Origin: Rhizophagus irregularis
Taxonomy: Eukaryota
Direction: 5' to 3'
Length of the DNA: 64,000 bases
NCBI RefSeq assembly: GCF_026210795.1
Contig: NC_089429.1
Location: forward strand, 3,224,001-3,288,000
Position numbers and translations under genes: made by a program. Positions 51,556 through 62,988 of this stretch are shown one piece after another (the stretch's first letter is position 1; every line of letters begins with the position of its first letter). Under the pieces are notes generated by a model that searched no databases, was not told the DNA's origin, and saw only the letters and a list, made by a program, of their open reading frames with translations.

Positions 51556-53520
51556 ATGAATGTTGATATAACTTCGCCCTCTGCTCCTGCTCCCAACCTT
51601 ATTTCTACCGTTCCTTCTGGTCTTCCTGTCAACAAAGTCCATGTGATTACACCTCCTCAAAATACTACCACTCCTGTTGAAACTGTTGATGCTTCTATCC
51701 ATGCTCCCTCTAACACCAGTAATAAAGGCAAAGCTGTCGTCTTTGATATCCCAGAACGACGACCATCTCCTGATGGGAATGCTGCTGCTATCAAATCCGC
51801 ACCTTCTCGTTATCATGCTGTGGCCTACTTACACGACACGCCTGACGCGTTCAAAGCTAAATTCACCACCAACTGCTCCATGTGTGACGAAGTGGATTGT
51901 TCGCTCTCCTGTTATTCTTCTTATGGTGCTCGCGCACGATGTGAAGGATCAGCTGATAACAAGAAAATCCTTATCTTCTTCAATAATCATGATGATTATA
52001 CCGATTGTATCACCTCCCCACGTGCCGATCTCCTTGATTTGGCCTTCAGTCATTATTCTCCTGCAGACGCCAAGCTCAGTGATGAAATGAAGTCTTTGTT
52101 CGTCACTGATATCCCACTTTTCCTAACCGAGACTCAAGTCCGTCAGGCATTTTCCCGATATGGCACTGTAATCAAGTGCAAACTTACTCCTAGGAAATAT
52201 TACTATAATGGACATATCCAGTTTTCCTCCGCAGATGCAGTTACCCAATTTAATGATATTTGGACGATCATTTGCCTTGGTAATTCTTTACGTGTCTGTC
52301 TGGCATCTTTTTCGAAATCCCAACGCGATAGCCGCAGAGAACATGTTGCTATCCTCGCCGGCATCCCAAAGAATATTAAAGAAGCTGACCTGTTGGAAAT
52401 TGCTACTCAAGTTAACGCTAAGGCCCTTAACGTTCCTCTATCTATCAGTTCCTACAAGCCTAAACCCTATGTATATTTGAATTTCTCTTCATTTGAATCT
52501 CTTGAAGCTGCCAAAGAAATGACCGTGGCTTTCCGCGGCAAAGGATTAACATGGCACCCTCCCAATGAAGCACAAACTTTATGCCAGGTTTGTGGGCGTC
52601 CTGGTTGTTCTCCCTCTGTATGTAATCCTCATACCACACGGAAAGTGGATGATCGCCTTAATAAACTTTATTCTCGCTTCAATGCTGGCTCTAGACGTGG
52701 TCATCAGGATTCACGCCAATCACGTAAAAATTCCAATTCCCGTTCAAGATCGCGATCCAATTCTAGATCCCGCAATAATAATTCCTCTTCATCCCGCTCC
52801 AACAACAATAACAATAATACTAACACTTCTCGTCCCAATACTTCTCGAAGTAACAACCGGACCAACAATAATACTAATAATCACAGGAACAATGAAAATT
52901 CTTCCGGTTCTACTCAACCTCCATATAAACCTCATTCTGTCAGTTATACACCACCTACTTCTCCATCTGACAATCCTGCCCATACACTTCCTCAACATAT
53001 TATTGATGATTTAAAGGTGCAGATCAAAGAGATCGTTAACACCCTACATACTCTAGAGGAAACTGTCTCTTGGATGAATGATACTATCACGTCCCATGAG
53101 TATAGGCTATCTGAGCTTGAATCAATGATGAATTATGACAACCCTGGTGACTCTGATTTGTATCTGCCTCGTGATGATCATGAAAATCAAAATCATTCTT
53201 ATGATAATGGATGGGATGATGCCCCACCCCATGACACGAATTCTGGATTCAATCTTCCTCTCCATACTTCCCCTTCTCTCATGGATACTTCTCCTGATGC
53301 TTCTTTCTCAGCTCTGGATCCTAACTCCGTCTTATCAAGAAGACATGTCCCGTTGCCTAACTCCCGACCTACTATTATTGCTCCCGATGCTAATACTTCC
53401 CGTTTGCAATTGGAGATTTCTAATGTCACCAATACACAAAAGAATCTTTCTGCCCAACTTGGTTCGATTATGGAAAAATTGGACTCCTTCTCTCCCTCAA
53501 AAACCCTCCCCTTCCAATGA
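51556..53520 (+). CDS. LINE B ORF1 protein (RRM domains, CX2CX4CX4C knuckle, SR/N-rich region, coiled coil)
   Basis: 654-aa ORF with LFVTDIP..AFSRYGTV, YVYLNF and CQVCGRPGCSPSVC. The true start may be ATG 51388 with a frameshift. Confidence 0.85.
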   Translation: MNVDITSPSAPAPNLISTVPSGLPVNKVHVITPPQNTTTPVETVDASIHAPSNTSNKGKAVVFDIPERRPSPDGNAAAIKSAPSRYHAVAYLHDTPDAFKAKFTTNCSMCDEVDCSLSCYSSYGARARCEGSADNKKILIFFNNHDDYTDCITSPRADLLDLAFSHYSPADAKLSDEMKSLFVTDIPLFLTETQVRQAFSRYGTVIKCKLTPRKYYYNGHIQFSSADAVTQFNDIWTIICLGNSLRVCLASFSKSQRDSRREHVAILAGIPKNIKEADLLEIATQVNAKALNVPLSISSYKPKPYVYLNFSSFESLEAAKEMTVAFRGKGLTWHPPNEAQTLCQVCGRPGCSPSVCNPHTTRKVDDRLNKLYSRFNAGSRRGHQDSRQSRKNSNSRSRSRSNSRSRNNNSSSSRSNNNNNNTNTSRPNTSRSNNRTNNNTNNHRNNENSSGSTQPPYKPHSVSYTPPTSPSDNPAHTLPQHIIDDLKVQIKEIVNTLHTLEETVSWMNDTITSHEYRLSELESMMNYDNPGDSDLYLPRDDHENQNHSYDNGWDDAPPHDTNSGFNLPLHTSPSLMDTSPDASFSALDPNSVLSRRHVPLPNSRPTIIAPDANTSRLQLEISNVTNTQKNLSAQLGSIMEKLDSFSPSKTLPFQ

Positions 53521-56500
53521 TTGAACACCAATTTATATCGGGTGGTTCACAGGGATCTCACCCCCCTGATAGTGCGCTACTTAATATTAATAGTCCTAAT
53601 AACTCTCCTTCTTCCTTTTCCCCTCTTATTAATTTTGGACAAATCAATGTTAATGGTCTGTGCTCCCCTGTTTGTCAGTTGCATTTGTTAAATTATTTTC
53701 TCCATTCTTCTTTTGGCATTTTATCTTTAAATGATACTCGTCTTACTTCTTCTAGTGCTAAATTTATTTATCAAAATGAACATGCCCAACATAATTTTAA
53801 GTCCTATTGGGCTCCTTTCCCTTCTAATTCACGACCTCATGATGGTGTTGGTCTTTTACTTCGCCATCCCTTACATAAACATGTTCAGAAAATTGATCCT
53901 TGGAAAGGTCGCCTTTTAAAATTAGATCTTTTTTTTCATCAAACAAAAATTTCTATCATTTCTGTTTATATTCCTCCCTATCATTCTGTTCATTATAAAG
54001 AACGTGATGCTATTTTTGCCCAACTTAATTTATGGCTTGATAAAGCCCGCTCTAATAACTATCACGTAGTCATCCTTGGTGATTTTAATGCAGATGAAAT
54101 TTCACATTCATATCTCCCTCAACATTATTTGAAAATTTTACGATCACTTTCTTCTCGATATTTTACGGATCATCAATCTTATATTTCTTCAATTTCAGGT
54201 CCTAGTCCTACCTTTTATCATCAGAATGGTTCTTCTAGACTTGATTATATTTGGTCATCCCCTGGCTTTCTTGCTCCCAGTCTTTTCTCTCATGTTGAAT
54301 CTAGTCCTAAGTTGAATGATAACCAATTTACTGACCACCGTGTACTCATAACGGCCTTCGACTTTAATTCTTGTTTCGCTACTTTAGCCAAAGCTAGACT
54401 AAAACAGAAAAGCGAACAACGCACCATTTTTCTCTATAAGAATTTAAAAGAAGACACGTGGGACACATTTTCTAATGAAGTAAACTCACGTCTTGAGTTG
54501 TACTTGGTCACACACCATCCTTCTGTATCTTCACTTTCAGCTCTTTCATTAGACAAACTTTGGTACGCTCTTAAACGCTCTATTCTTGGTGGTGCCATTG
54601 ATTCTCTTCCATTTCAACATGTATCCAATACTTATCACCATAAATATTCTCTGGAACTTACGATGCTTATTGCTATCAACAAATTCTTGGATAGATTATT
54701 GTTTAAATTGACCACATCTCAGACTACTCGCCCCGCTCAAATTTCACAAATGATCAATTCTTTACCTACACAATTAACTCTTTTGAAATTCCTTTTAATA
54801 GATTATACTATACCTACTTATAGTACAACACCACTTCCTGCTTTTGTCAAATTTTTGCGTTCACAAAAAGCTTTGGTCTCTGCTTATCTTTCCACGCAAT
54901 TTCATCAACATCGTGTGGATTCCATTGAATTTTATACTGCTCTTAGAGATGAACATTTCTCTACGTCGCCGGGTTCTTTTATCTCTTAAGCTCTGTCAGT
55001 GGAACATCGCTCTATCGTTCTTGATAGAGTTTTGGTTGTAATTGACTCCAAACCTACTTTACTTACTGAACCTTCAGACATCAAACAAGCTGCTATCAAA
55101 CACTTCCAATCGGTTGTTACTCCTCCATTGGTTCAGCATTCTTCTATTGATAAATTTCCTCCACGCTGGCAAAGAGCATATACTCCTATTTCTGACATCG
55201 ACTCGTCTTTATACACCTCGGTCATGTCTCCTATTTTGGATGATGAATGGATAAATATTCGCAAATCTATGCCTAATAACAAAGCCTCTGGCCCCTCTAA
55301 AATTTCTTATGAAATGCTCAAACATTTAACTGGAGAAGCTTTCAATTTGTCTCTTGTTTTAGCCAATGCCTGCCTTATTCATGGTGATATTCCTGCAGAT
55401 TGGCGTGAAGCGCTTATTTATCCCATTCCGAAGCCTCATGAATTTGACGCTCAATTAAAGAATACACGACCTATCACTTTATTAGAAACTGTTTGGAAAT
55501 GTGTGGTCAAGATCGTTACAACTCGTCTTTCAAAAATTCTAGCTGATAACCAAATACTTCAGGGTGGTAATTTTGCTGGATTACCAGGTGGATCTACTGA
55601 CATTCCTATCAAAATGCTTGACGCAATTATTCATCAACGCCGCTTTGATAAAACTGATGACCAAGAGTTATGGATTGTTTCCCAAGACATTTCTAAGGCC
55701 TTTGACTCGATTGATTTAAATATGCTCAAGTTGGCTTTAATCCGTTTACATATCCCACCCTTGTTGATAAAATTTATTATCAATCTTTTCACAAGACGCA
55801 ATAACAAAATTATTACTCATTATGGTGATACTTCCGGATATAGAGTTAGAATCGGTATTGATCAGGGTGAAATTATTTCCCCGTTATTATGGGTGATTTA
55901 TTTGGATCCTTTACTTACAACGCTTAATCGAGAAGCTTGTAATCCTTTTATTTTGAAATCCTCTGCTTTATTGGATTATTCCCCGATTGAATATGAACAA
56001 CATAACCTTCCTGTTTCACATATCACATTTATGGATGACTCTACTTTGATTGCTTCATCTAAACGAGGAATTGAAGATCGCCTTTCCATTACAGCTGAAT
56101 TTTATACTTTAAATAATACTCAAGCTAATTCAGCTAAATATATCCTTCTTTCTTCTGAACAATTCTCTCAAACTATAGTGTTTGATCTTTTCCCATCTCC
56201 TTTAATCCAAACTTGTACTCTTACTTTAAAAGCTTTAGCTTTATCCAAGTCTTTTCGCTTTTTAGGTGTCTGGTTTTGGTTTTCAGCTTCTTCTCGCTTT
56301 GTTCATGATCAAAGTATTTCCATGGTCAAAGACATGGCTGCTTTACTCAGTCCTAAGAAACTTTTGGCACAACATGTGGCTTATCTTTATAACGTTGTCT
56401 TACTTCCAAGGCTAGAATTTCGCCTACAAACCACATTATTTGCTGAATCCATTATTAATCGTATGGTTTCTCCAATGCTTTCTCTTATTCGACAAAAGGC

Positions 56501-58990
56501 TGGTTTAGCCTCAGTCACTCCTCTTTCCGCGCTTTTCACATTGTTGCCGTTCTCTATTCAACAAGCATTTGGTCGATTTCTATCATCTCATGTAGCTTCA
56601 TGGCAAAAAATTTTTTCTCACCCTTTACATATAAAACCTTTGCCAATTATATGATTACTTATCTCCAAAGCTTCCTAGATTGTGATGCCTGTTCTTCTAC
56701 TATTGACTTGGAACCATGGTCCCATACATTTTCCTTGCGAACACATTCTTTGTTTAATTCTTTATTATTCTCTTCTCGTTTGAATATCACGTGGTCTTTA
56801 TTGTTCCGACCTCTGAGGAAAGATCTACGTCTGGCAATTCCACTCTGGTCGATTTTACCAAAAGACTTATTCACTTCCATGAAAAATGTTCAGAAAAAAT
56901 TTTGTACTCGTTTTCTTGCCCAATTGGTTACTCCGTGTGGCTCTCGGCTTCTTCCATGGAAAGATTTACGCTTTCTTAAATGAGTTTCGAACAAAGGATC
57001 TGTGCCTGCTTGGTTTACTTATTTATTTAATTTAGTTGTTATTTCTAATTCTTCTTCTTTTTTTCTTTTACCGCAATTTAGAATACCTAATTCCTATACT
57101 GTAGCTTCTATCTGTTCTATAGATATTAGTCGAAATTATTTGTTCAATCCACAATGGGCTATTTTTTTTAATCGCGATACTAACTCTTTCCTTGTTGGCC
57201 GTGTGATCATTACCTATCCTGCTCCGCGAAATGAAGCTCTTATTTCACATTGGATTGCGTCATCTATCGATGACTTATTATCAGAATTCACTGCATGCCA
57301 AGGTTGTGCCTCTGCTATTCTGCGATCCTCTACTTCCAAAACATTGTTTAAACGATGTCCCTCTGAAAAGTGCTTCTCTTATATGCCTTTATCAAGTCTT
57401 ATCCGTTACCTTACGAAGCCTCATACTTATATACATGTGGATACTCGTTCGGTCTCACTTTCCGCTTCGTTAGGCTATGCCAAATCTCTTTTACTATTTT
57501 ATCTTTTTGCTCCAGTTCGGTTACCTCCTATGCTTAACCAAGTGTCTAGGATTTCTGATATCCAACTTCCTTCTTCGGTGTCTACCCTGTATATTGATGG
57601 ATCCTTCCTTCCTCCTTCTAGTCATCCGACACCTTCGATGGCTTATGCATGGACTGCTATCGATTCTGATGGTTTTATTCTTGAATCTCATTATAATACC
57701 ATTCCTTCACTCTTTCCCTCTGCATTGCGTTCCGAAATTTTTGCCTTATTGCATGGATTGGACTCCCTGCCTCGGTATTCCAAGATCACTGTCGCTACTG
57801 ATTGTGCTCAATTAATTTCCTTATGGACTACGTATGTGGATGCTCCGTTCATTCCTAAAATGCTCAAAGAATTCAACCACCTTCTATGGTCTTCGGCACG
57901 AGCTATTATTTCACATAAGAATCTGGAAGTTACTTTAATCAAGGTTCCTGCTCACGCTGACGATTCTTTGAATAACCATGTTGATGACTTAGCGAAAGCT
58001 GCTCATACAGACTCATGTCTTTCCTTTATTTCGCCTGCATTTTTAGCTCCTTGTATTTTACAATTTAATTCTTTACCTGGGGATATGAATATCCGGAAAT
58101 TCATTGGAGATATTTTTGACGCCAAGAGTCTTTTGACTCTTGCTTTATTACCAAGATTCAATCTTAATTCCTCTTTTTCGGATATTGATTGGGCTTGTAC
58201 CAAATTTTGTTTTAATAATAAACAATTACAATCCTCCCATCGAAATGGCCGGTCTGAATTTTGTGCTTTCCGTATCAAGATTTTATTGGATATGCTTCTG
58301 ACACTCACAACTTTTCAAAAACAAAAGCCTCATATCTATGATCCGAGTTGGCTCTATCCTCAGTGCAACTCCTCTCCTGAGACTTTAGACCACTTATGGA
58401 CTTGTCCTTATATTTTACCTGAATTTAGTCCTTTTAATACTTTTAAAACACTTCTGCTGGACCTTAAAACCGTTTGTCTTGGAAAATTTCTCTCTGCAAC
58501 TCCTTTGAAATCTTTACCGGACTATTTCGCTGTGAAATTTATGGCTATGGATTGTTGGGACTGTAACCCTCCTTCAAATTCTTGTCTGCGATTTGCACGT
58601 GGACTTATACCGATGTCTCTTACTAGTTTTCTTGGAACATATTTTTCATCATCCACTATTTGTTCTATTTTTGATACACCTTTACATGAATTTCATTTTG
58701 ATCTCTATGTACAAATTTGGTTGTGCCGTTCCGTTTTCTTTCACCATTGGGAATTAGCTCAAGGCATTACCAATAAAATGAAATCGTCCGCTATTGGACT
58801 TTCTCCTATTATTCGTCCTTTCTCAAATGTTTCTCCTTATTCTTTGACACCTTCCTTGGCGACAGCTTCCTTGGATTTCTGGGTTTCTTGGGTTTCCTCT
58901 TACATAATCCATGGGGGATCTTGGATTTCGCATTTGGATTTTTGGCACCGCTTAACAGTTCAGCCTCTACTTAGGATTTCTTTTTGGTAA
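53517..58990 (+). pseudogene. LINE B ORF2 (APE - RT - RNase H - CCHC) with two stops and one frameshift
   Basis: ORFs 53517-54989, 54999-56654, 56600-56983 and 57002-58990. Motifs LGDFN, SRLDYIW, GIDQGEIISP, FMDD, LYIDGS, KVPAH. The start overlaps the ORF1 stop (ATGA). Confidence 0.93.
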
Positions 58991-59270
58991 CAGATTGGAT
59001 CTTCGGATATGCTGGATAGTTGACTAACATTGGCCTTCGGGTAAAGTTGGGGTATGCGTTTCTGTAATAGTTTAGTTTTTCTTTACTTAATTTTATTTTG
59101 TTTAGATTTCTTTACTTGTATGAATCGTGAAGCTAGTTCTTTTTATTTTTTATGTTTAATTTTCTATATTTTATTTGTAATATTGTTCGATTTGAGTTTT
59201 GTACTTTTCGTTTAAAAATTTATAATAAAAGATAAAGTCATAAGACTGTTTGCTCATAATCACCAAATAT

Positions 59271-60805
59271 ATGAGTTGGTCACCCTATCTTAGTGGTTAG
59301 TCACTGAGACCCTCATTAAGCCTGAGTATGGTGAGGTCGCAGGTTCGATTTCCATGACCACGGAAATAAAAAGAATTTTACTGCGGACGCTATAACCAAT
59401 AGCGTGAAGGTACAGGGATTAGTGTAGTTGAACTGCATCGTGATGAATTAGTGTGTACGGTTAGGCCGCACATTTCAACTAAGGGTCATGGTGTCCTTTT
59501 AACGTTCCCTGCGGCCATTCGGCATGTGCGCAGTCCCCTGTCCTTGAGGTCACTACTATACCTTAGGGGGGACTTCCTGTCTGTGTGGTCACTCTATGAT
59601 ACCGCTTGGGGTCAGTAATGGCTAGATGGTCGTCCTAAATGGTAAAGCTGAGGGTGCAATGTCTTAATGGTAGTTTGACCTTCTGTTAGGTCATAGACCA
59701 CCCAAAGTGTTCGTGTACAGACAGATAGCTTGGTGGCGATTGGCTCAATTCCTCTCCGACGCCTTGCATGGCGTATTCCCTTGGCAGGGTTGATACCCAC
59801 CAATTAGGATGATGATCCCGTAACACCTACAAGCTTACTGTCCAGGTGGTCACTACAAAGTACACAGTGAAATTCGATAAACCGGATCTATCGGTTCCAC
59901 TAAAAATATCCGGTTTATCGGGATATCCGGTTTAGCGAAAAAATTTCGATATATTGAAAATCTATTATATTGAATTTTTAAAAAATTTTCATGCTAATAA
60001 AACTAATATACACTATAATTTGATTTTTTTCATCTAGTTTTAAGTTATAGGAGGTCATGAAAATGAATATAAAATATTTTAATTGAATATATAAGTAATA
60101 TTAACTTCAGCCGGAATTAAGATTTTTATAATTCCGGCCAAATTTAAGATTTACCGCATCACGTTACTTAAATTTTATTGGTTCCGAGCTACGTGATCCG
60201 GTTTATCGAATCATTTTTACTATAGCTGGTTAGAAAATTGATCCGTTATAGCGAATATCGAGCTTTTACTAGTAAACTCCGGTATATCGAGCCTATTTTA
60301 ATATACGTGATTTGGTTCCAGCAAAAAAGTCCGGTTTAGGCCCAAATCCGGTTTATCGAATATCCGGTTTATCGAATTTCACTGTGTATACCACTTGGGG
60401 ATTACAACTGTACTATCGGTGGTGGGTAATCGCGGGCTGTAGTGGCCTTTGAGTGAGACCTGTTACCTAATATGGTGGTATGGAAGGGGTCTAGATGTTT
60501 GAAGGTTATCTGACGAAAGTCCTCCGTGACAGTAGTAGTGGTGAGGGGTTTATAATAGTAGCCGATTACAGTATCGTACAACGGATTAAAGGACGAGTAG
60601 GGTGGTGTTCTTCCGATTCAAAGGCCTTCGGGTCCCTGGGGTATGCCTGATTGATGGACGTGCTGGATAAGTTGTCTTGGTTAAAAGGTGGCCTTGATGA
60701 CATCTGGTGGTTCAATGATGGTGAGGATACGAACGACCTACCTCCATAACCTTCAATAGAAGGTGCGGAAAGTAGTGGCCACTAAACATACAATACACTT
60801 GTAAA
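59271..60805 (+). mobile_element. Full-length SINE-like element, type-2 3' end, containing MITE 59863-60386
   Basis: Head GGTCACCCTATCTTAGTGGTTAGTCACTGAGA...GGTTCGATTTCCATGACC. The 5' ~450 nt is close to type 1; the 3' ~270 nt differs. Confidence 0.85.
59863..60386. mobile_element. pogo-like MITE
   Basis: Perfect TIR CACAGTGAAATTCGATAAACCGGAT; TA TSD; empty site at ~50812. Confidence 0.92.
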
Positions 60806-61285
60806 ATAATCACCAAATATGGACTGTCCCAAATGTGTGACTATAAAGAGAGTTGACTGTATAATACTTTTATAAAAAATTTATGTTATGCTAACTTTTA
60901 TAGTTTCAACCTCCAGATGTTACTTATTAGTGAAAGGTAAGTATTACTTTTAAATATATAAATATATGTATTTTTCTATGAAGAATCAGTTTACTTAATA
61001 AATAAAAAGCAAGTTTCTTAATAAAATTTATGGTAAATCTAAATTTACAATTTTAGCAAAAATTAGCCAATATTAAACTTATAAAATGTATATAAATAAT
61101 TGCTAATTTTTTTTGTATAAATACAATTTTAATTGCAAATTACATGTTATAATAAAATAATATTTTAAATATCTACAATATTTAACAAATTTTATAATTT
61201 GACTAATTTTTAAAAGTTGTTAATAGTAAAAGTATTTCAATAACTATTCAATTTTAATATAATTTAATATATAATTACTTTTAAA

Positions 61286-61482
61286 TAAGGTTGCGGGCTA
61301 AACTGGTTTTTGAATTTGGCAAAACGTCTAAACCTCAGTTTTGTCAATTTTTTTATAGGAGTTTATTATAGTTTTGTCATTTCATATGATTTTTATAATC
61401 AAGTTTCGCCAAATTTTTATTAATATTTTAATATAGTTTTATCAGGTTTCATGTTTACTATGGGGTTTCGCCCACAACCTTA
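61286..61482. mobile_element. TAAGGTTG-family hAT-type MITE
   Basis: TAAGGTTGCGGGC / GCCCACAACCTTA; TSD CTTTTAAA. Confidence 0.88.
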
Positions 61483-62466
61483 CTTTTAAAGGATATAAAA
61501 TAGCCTGTAAAATTTTAGTATATATTATTATATAAAATATTTAAAAATATTAATTAGTATTTTACATATCAACTAAATGATCTGCATTTTGTGTAATAGT
61601 ATACTTTGGTTTTCAATTTTTATCATGAAACTTCAAATTATCACATATTAATAATTTTGCATATAAAAATTAAAAATTATATAAATTATTTAATTTAAAG
61701 TTATATAACAATAAAAGGTGCCATATTTTATTTTTTTTCTTATTTAGGCATTTACTTTGCTTTGCACTTTTTTATAATTTAATTATTTTTTAATAAAATG
61801 AAACTTGTGATCGGCAAATGATCATCAAAGTGATATAAAACATATTCGCTAAGATGTTCTATAGGTAGTTCTATAAGTAATTCTATAGGTTGTTCAATAG
61901 ATTCTTTTAAAAGGTTATTATTAGGTGATATAGTATTTTCTAACTCAGTACTTTCAGTACTTTCATTAAAAAAATTTATTGGTATAAAGATATCTTCTGA
62001 AAAATTTATAAATGTTTCACAACCTGCTTTTATTATATAATGATTTTTGCCAAAGGAGTTTGTAAAATAACATCACATTAACTGGCATGTCTTTATTAAA
62101 TATATGTTAACAAAAAACATATGGGCTGATTTGTTTACTTTGCATTAAAAAGAGTTATTGAATTGATTTGCACAATTTTCGTTACTTAAAATTGTTTTGT
62201 AATACCAAAAAATTATCTGATTGATGATCACTTGACTAAATAATAAGTTGAACAAAAATTTACATTTGCAAAACTTAAATTATTAAATGTAAAAGAGCTG
62301 TGAAAAAACCCATTTCACTAATAAAAAATCCATTTCTCATATATATGGAATTTTTAACATATATTATTAAAAAGTAAGTATATTTTAATAAAATATAAAG
62401 TAAAATAAAAATTTATATAGTCTTAGTAGCTATAAATGTTTATAAAAGTATAATAAAAATATCATA

Positions 62467-62988
62467 CATCAGGAAATTTGTTTAGGCGTAATTTAGTGTA
62501 ATATTTCGAAGGTGGTGTAAAATTTCGAAATATTACACTAAAAACGTAATATTACAAAAGTTTACGCTCTTAAATTTGAATAATTATAGTAATTTAAGAA
62601 TATCTCGCTATCTACTGATCCAATTAAGACGATCTATAGCTCATTGGAATCAGCTCATCAAGACGAATCGAATGGTAGTAAAATCGTATCTTTACGTTTG
62701 ATAGATGACTTTCTATTAATTTAAAACTTTACTGCATACTATAAAGCGTTCTATCAACTGTAGAAATGCGAATTTACTACCATTCGATCCGTCTTGATGA
62801 GCTGATTCCAATGAGCTATAGATCATCTTGATTGGATCAGTAGATAGCGAGATATTCTTAAATTACTATAATTATTCAAATTTAAGAGCGTAAACTTTTG
62901 TAATATTACGTTTTTAGTGTAATATTTCGAAATTTTACACCACCTTCGAAATATTACACTAAATTACGCCTAAACAAATTTCCTGATG
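62467..62988. mobile_element. Foldback MITE (near-perfect ~220-240-bp arms, TA TSD)
   Basis: CATCAGGAAATTTGTTTAGGCG... is mirrored at the other end with only a few mismatches. Confidence 0.92.

Larger units (their letters stand above)
51247..59255 (+). mobile_element. LINE B: full-length (~8 kb) non-LTR retrotransposon with APE, RT and RNase H
   Basis: Flanked by the 15-bp repeat; ORF1, ORF2 and 3'UTR; no nested insertion; no poly(A) tail. Confidence 0.93.
50748..60820 (+). repeat. Array 2: four copies of ATAATCACCAAATAT delimiting three retroelement units
   Basis: Exact copies at 50748, 51232, 59256 and 60806. Confidence 0.95.
29994..60859. mobile_element. ~820-bp CAGTC-ended MITE expanded to ~31 kb by two retroelement arrays
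   Basis: TIR CAGTCAACTC(C/T)CT(C/T)TATAGTCAC with TA at both ends. Own sequence is 29994-30289 + 50277-50762 + 60821-60859. Confidence 0.8.

Noticed and set aside
31606..58308. Many short alternative-frame or antisense ORFs within LINE A, Zator and LINE B
   Set aside because: Shadows of the real reading frames, with no independent motifs.
59278..59359. Functional tRNA gene
   Set aside because: Acceptor and T stems are non-canonical, and the sequence is the head of a multicopy 1-kb element.
59815..60540. Twister or hammerhead ribozyme in the SINE
   Set aside because: Partial motifs (TAACACC..GGTG, CTGACGA) lack the rest of the conserved core and stems. An Infernal search would be needed.
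30274..60820. CRISPR array
   Set aside because: Eukaryotic context, no cas genes, and the spacers are 0.15-14-kb retroelements. The resemblance is architectural only.
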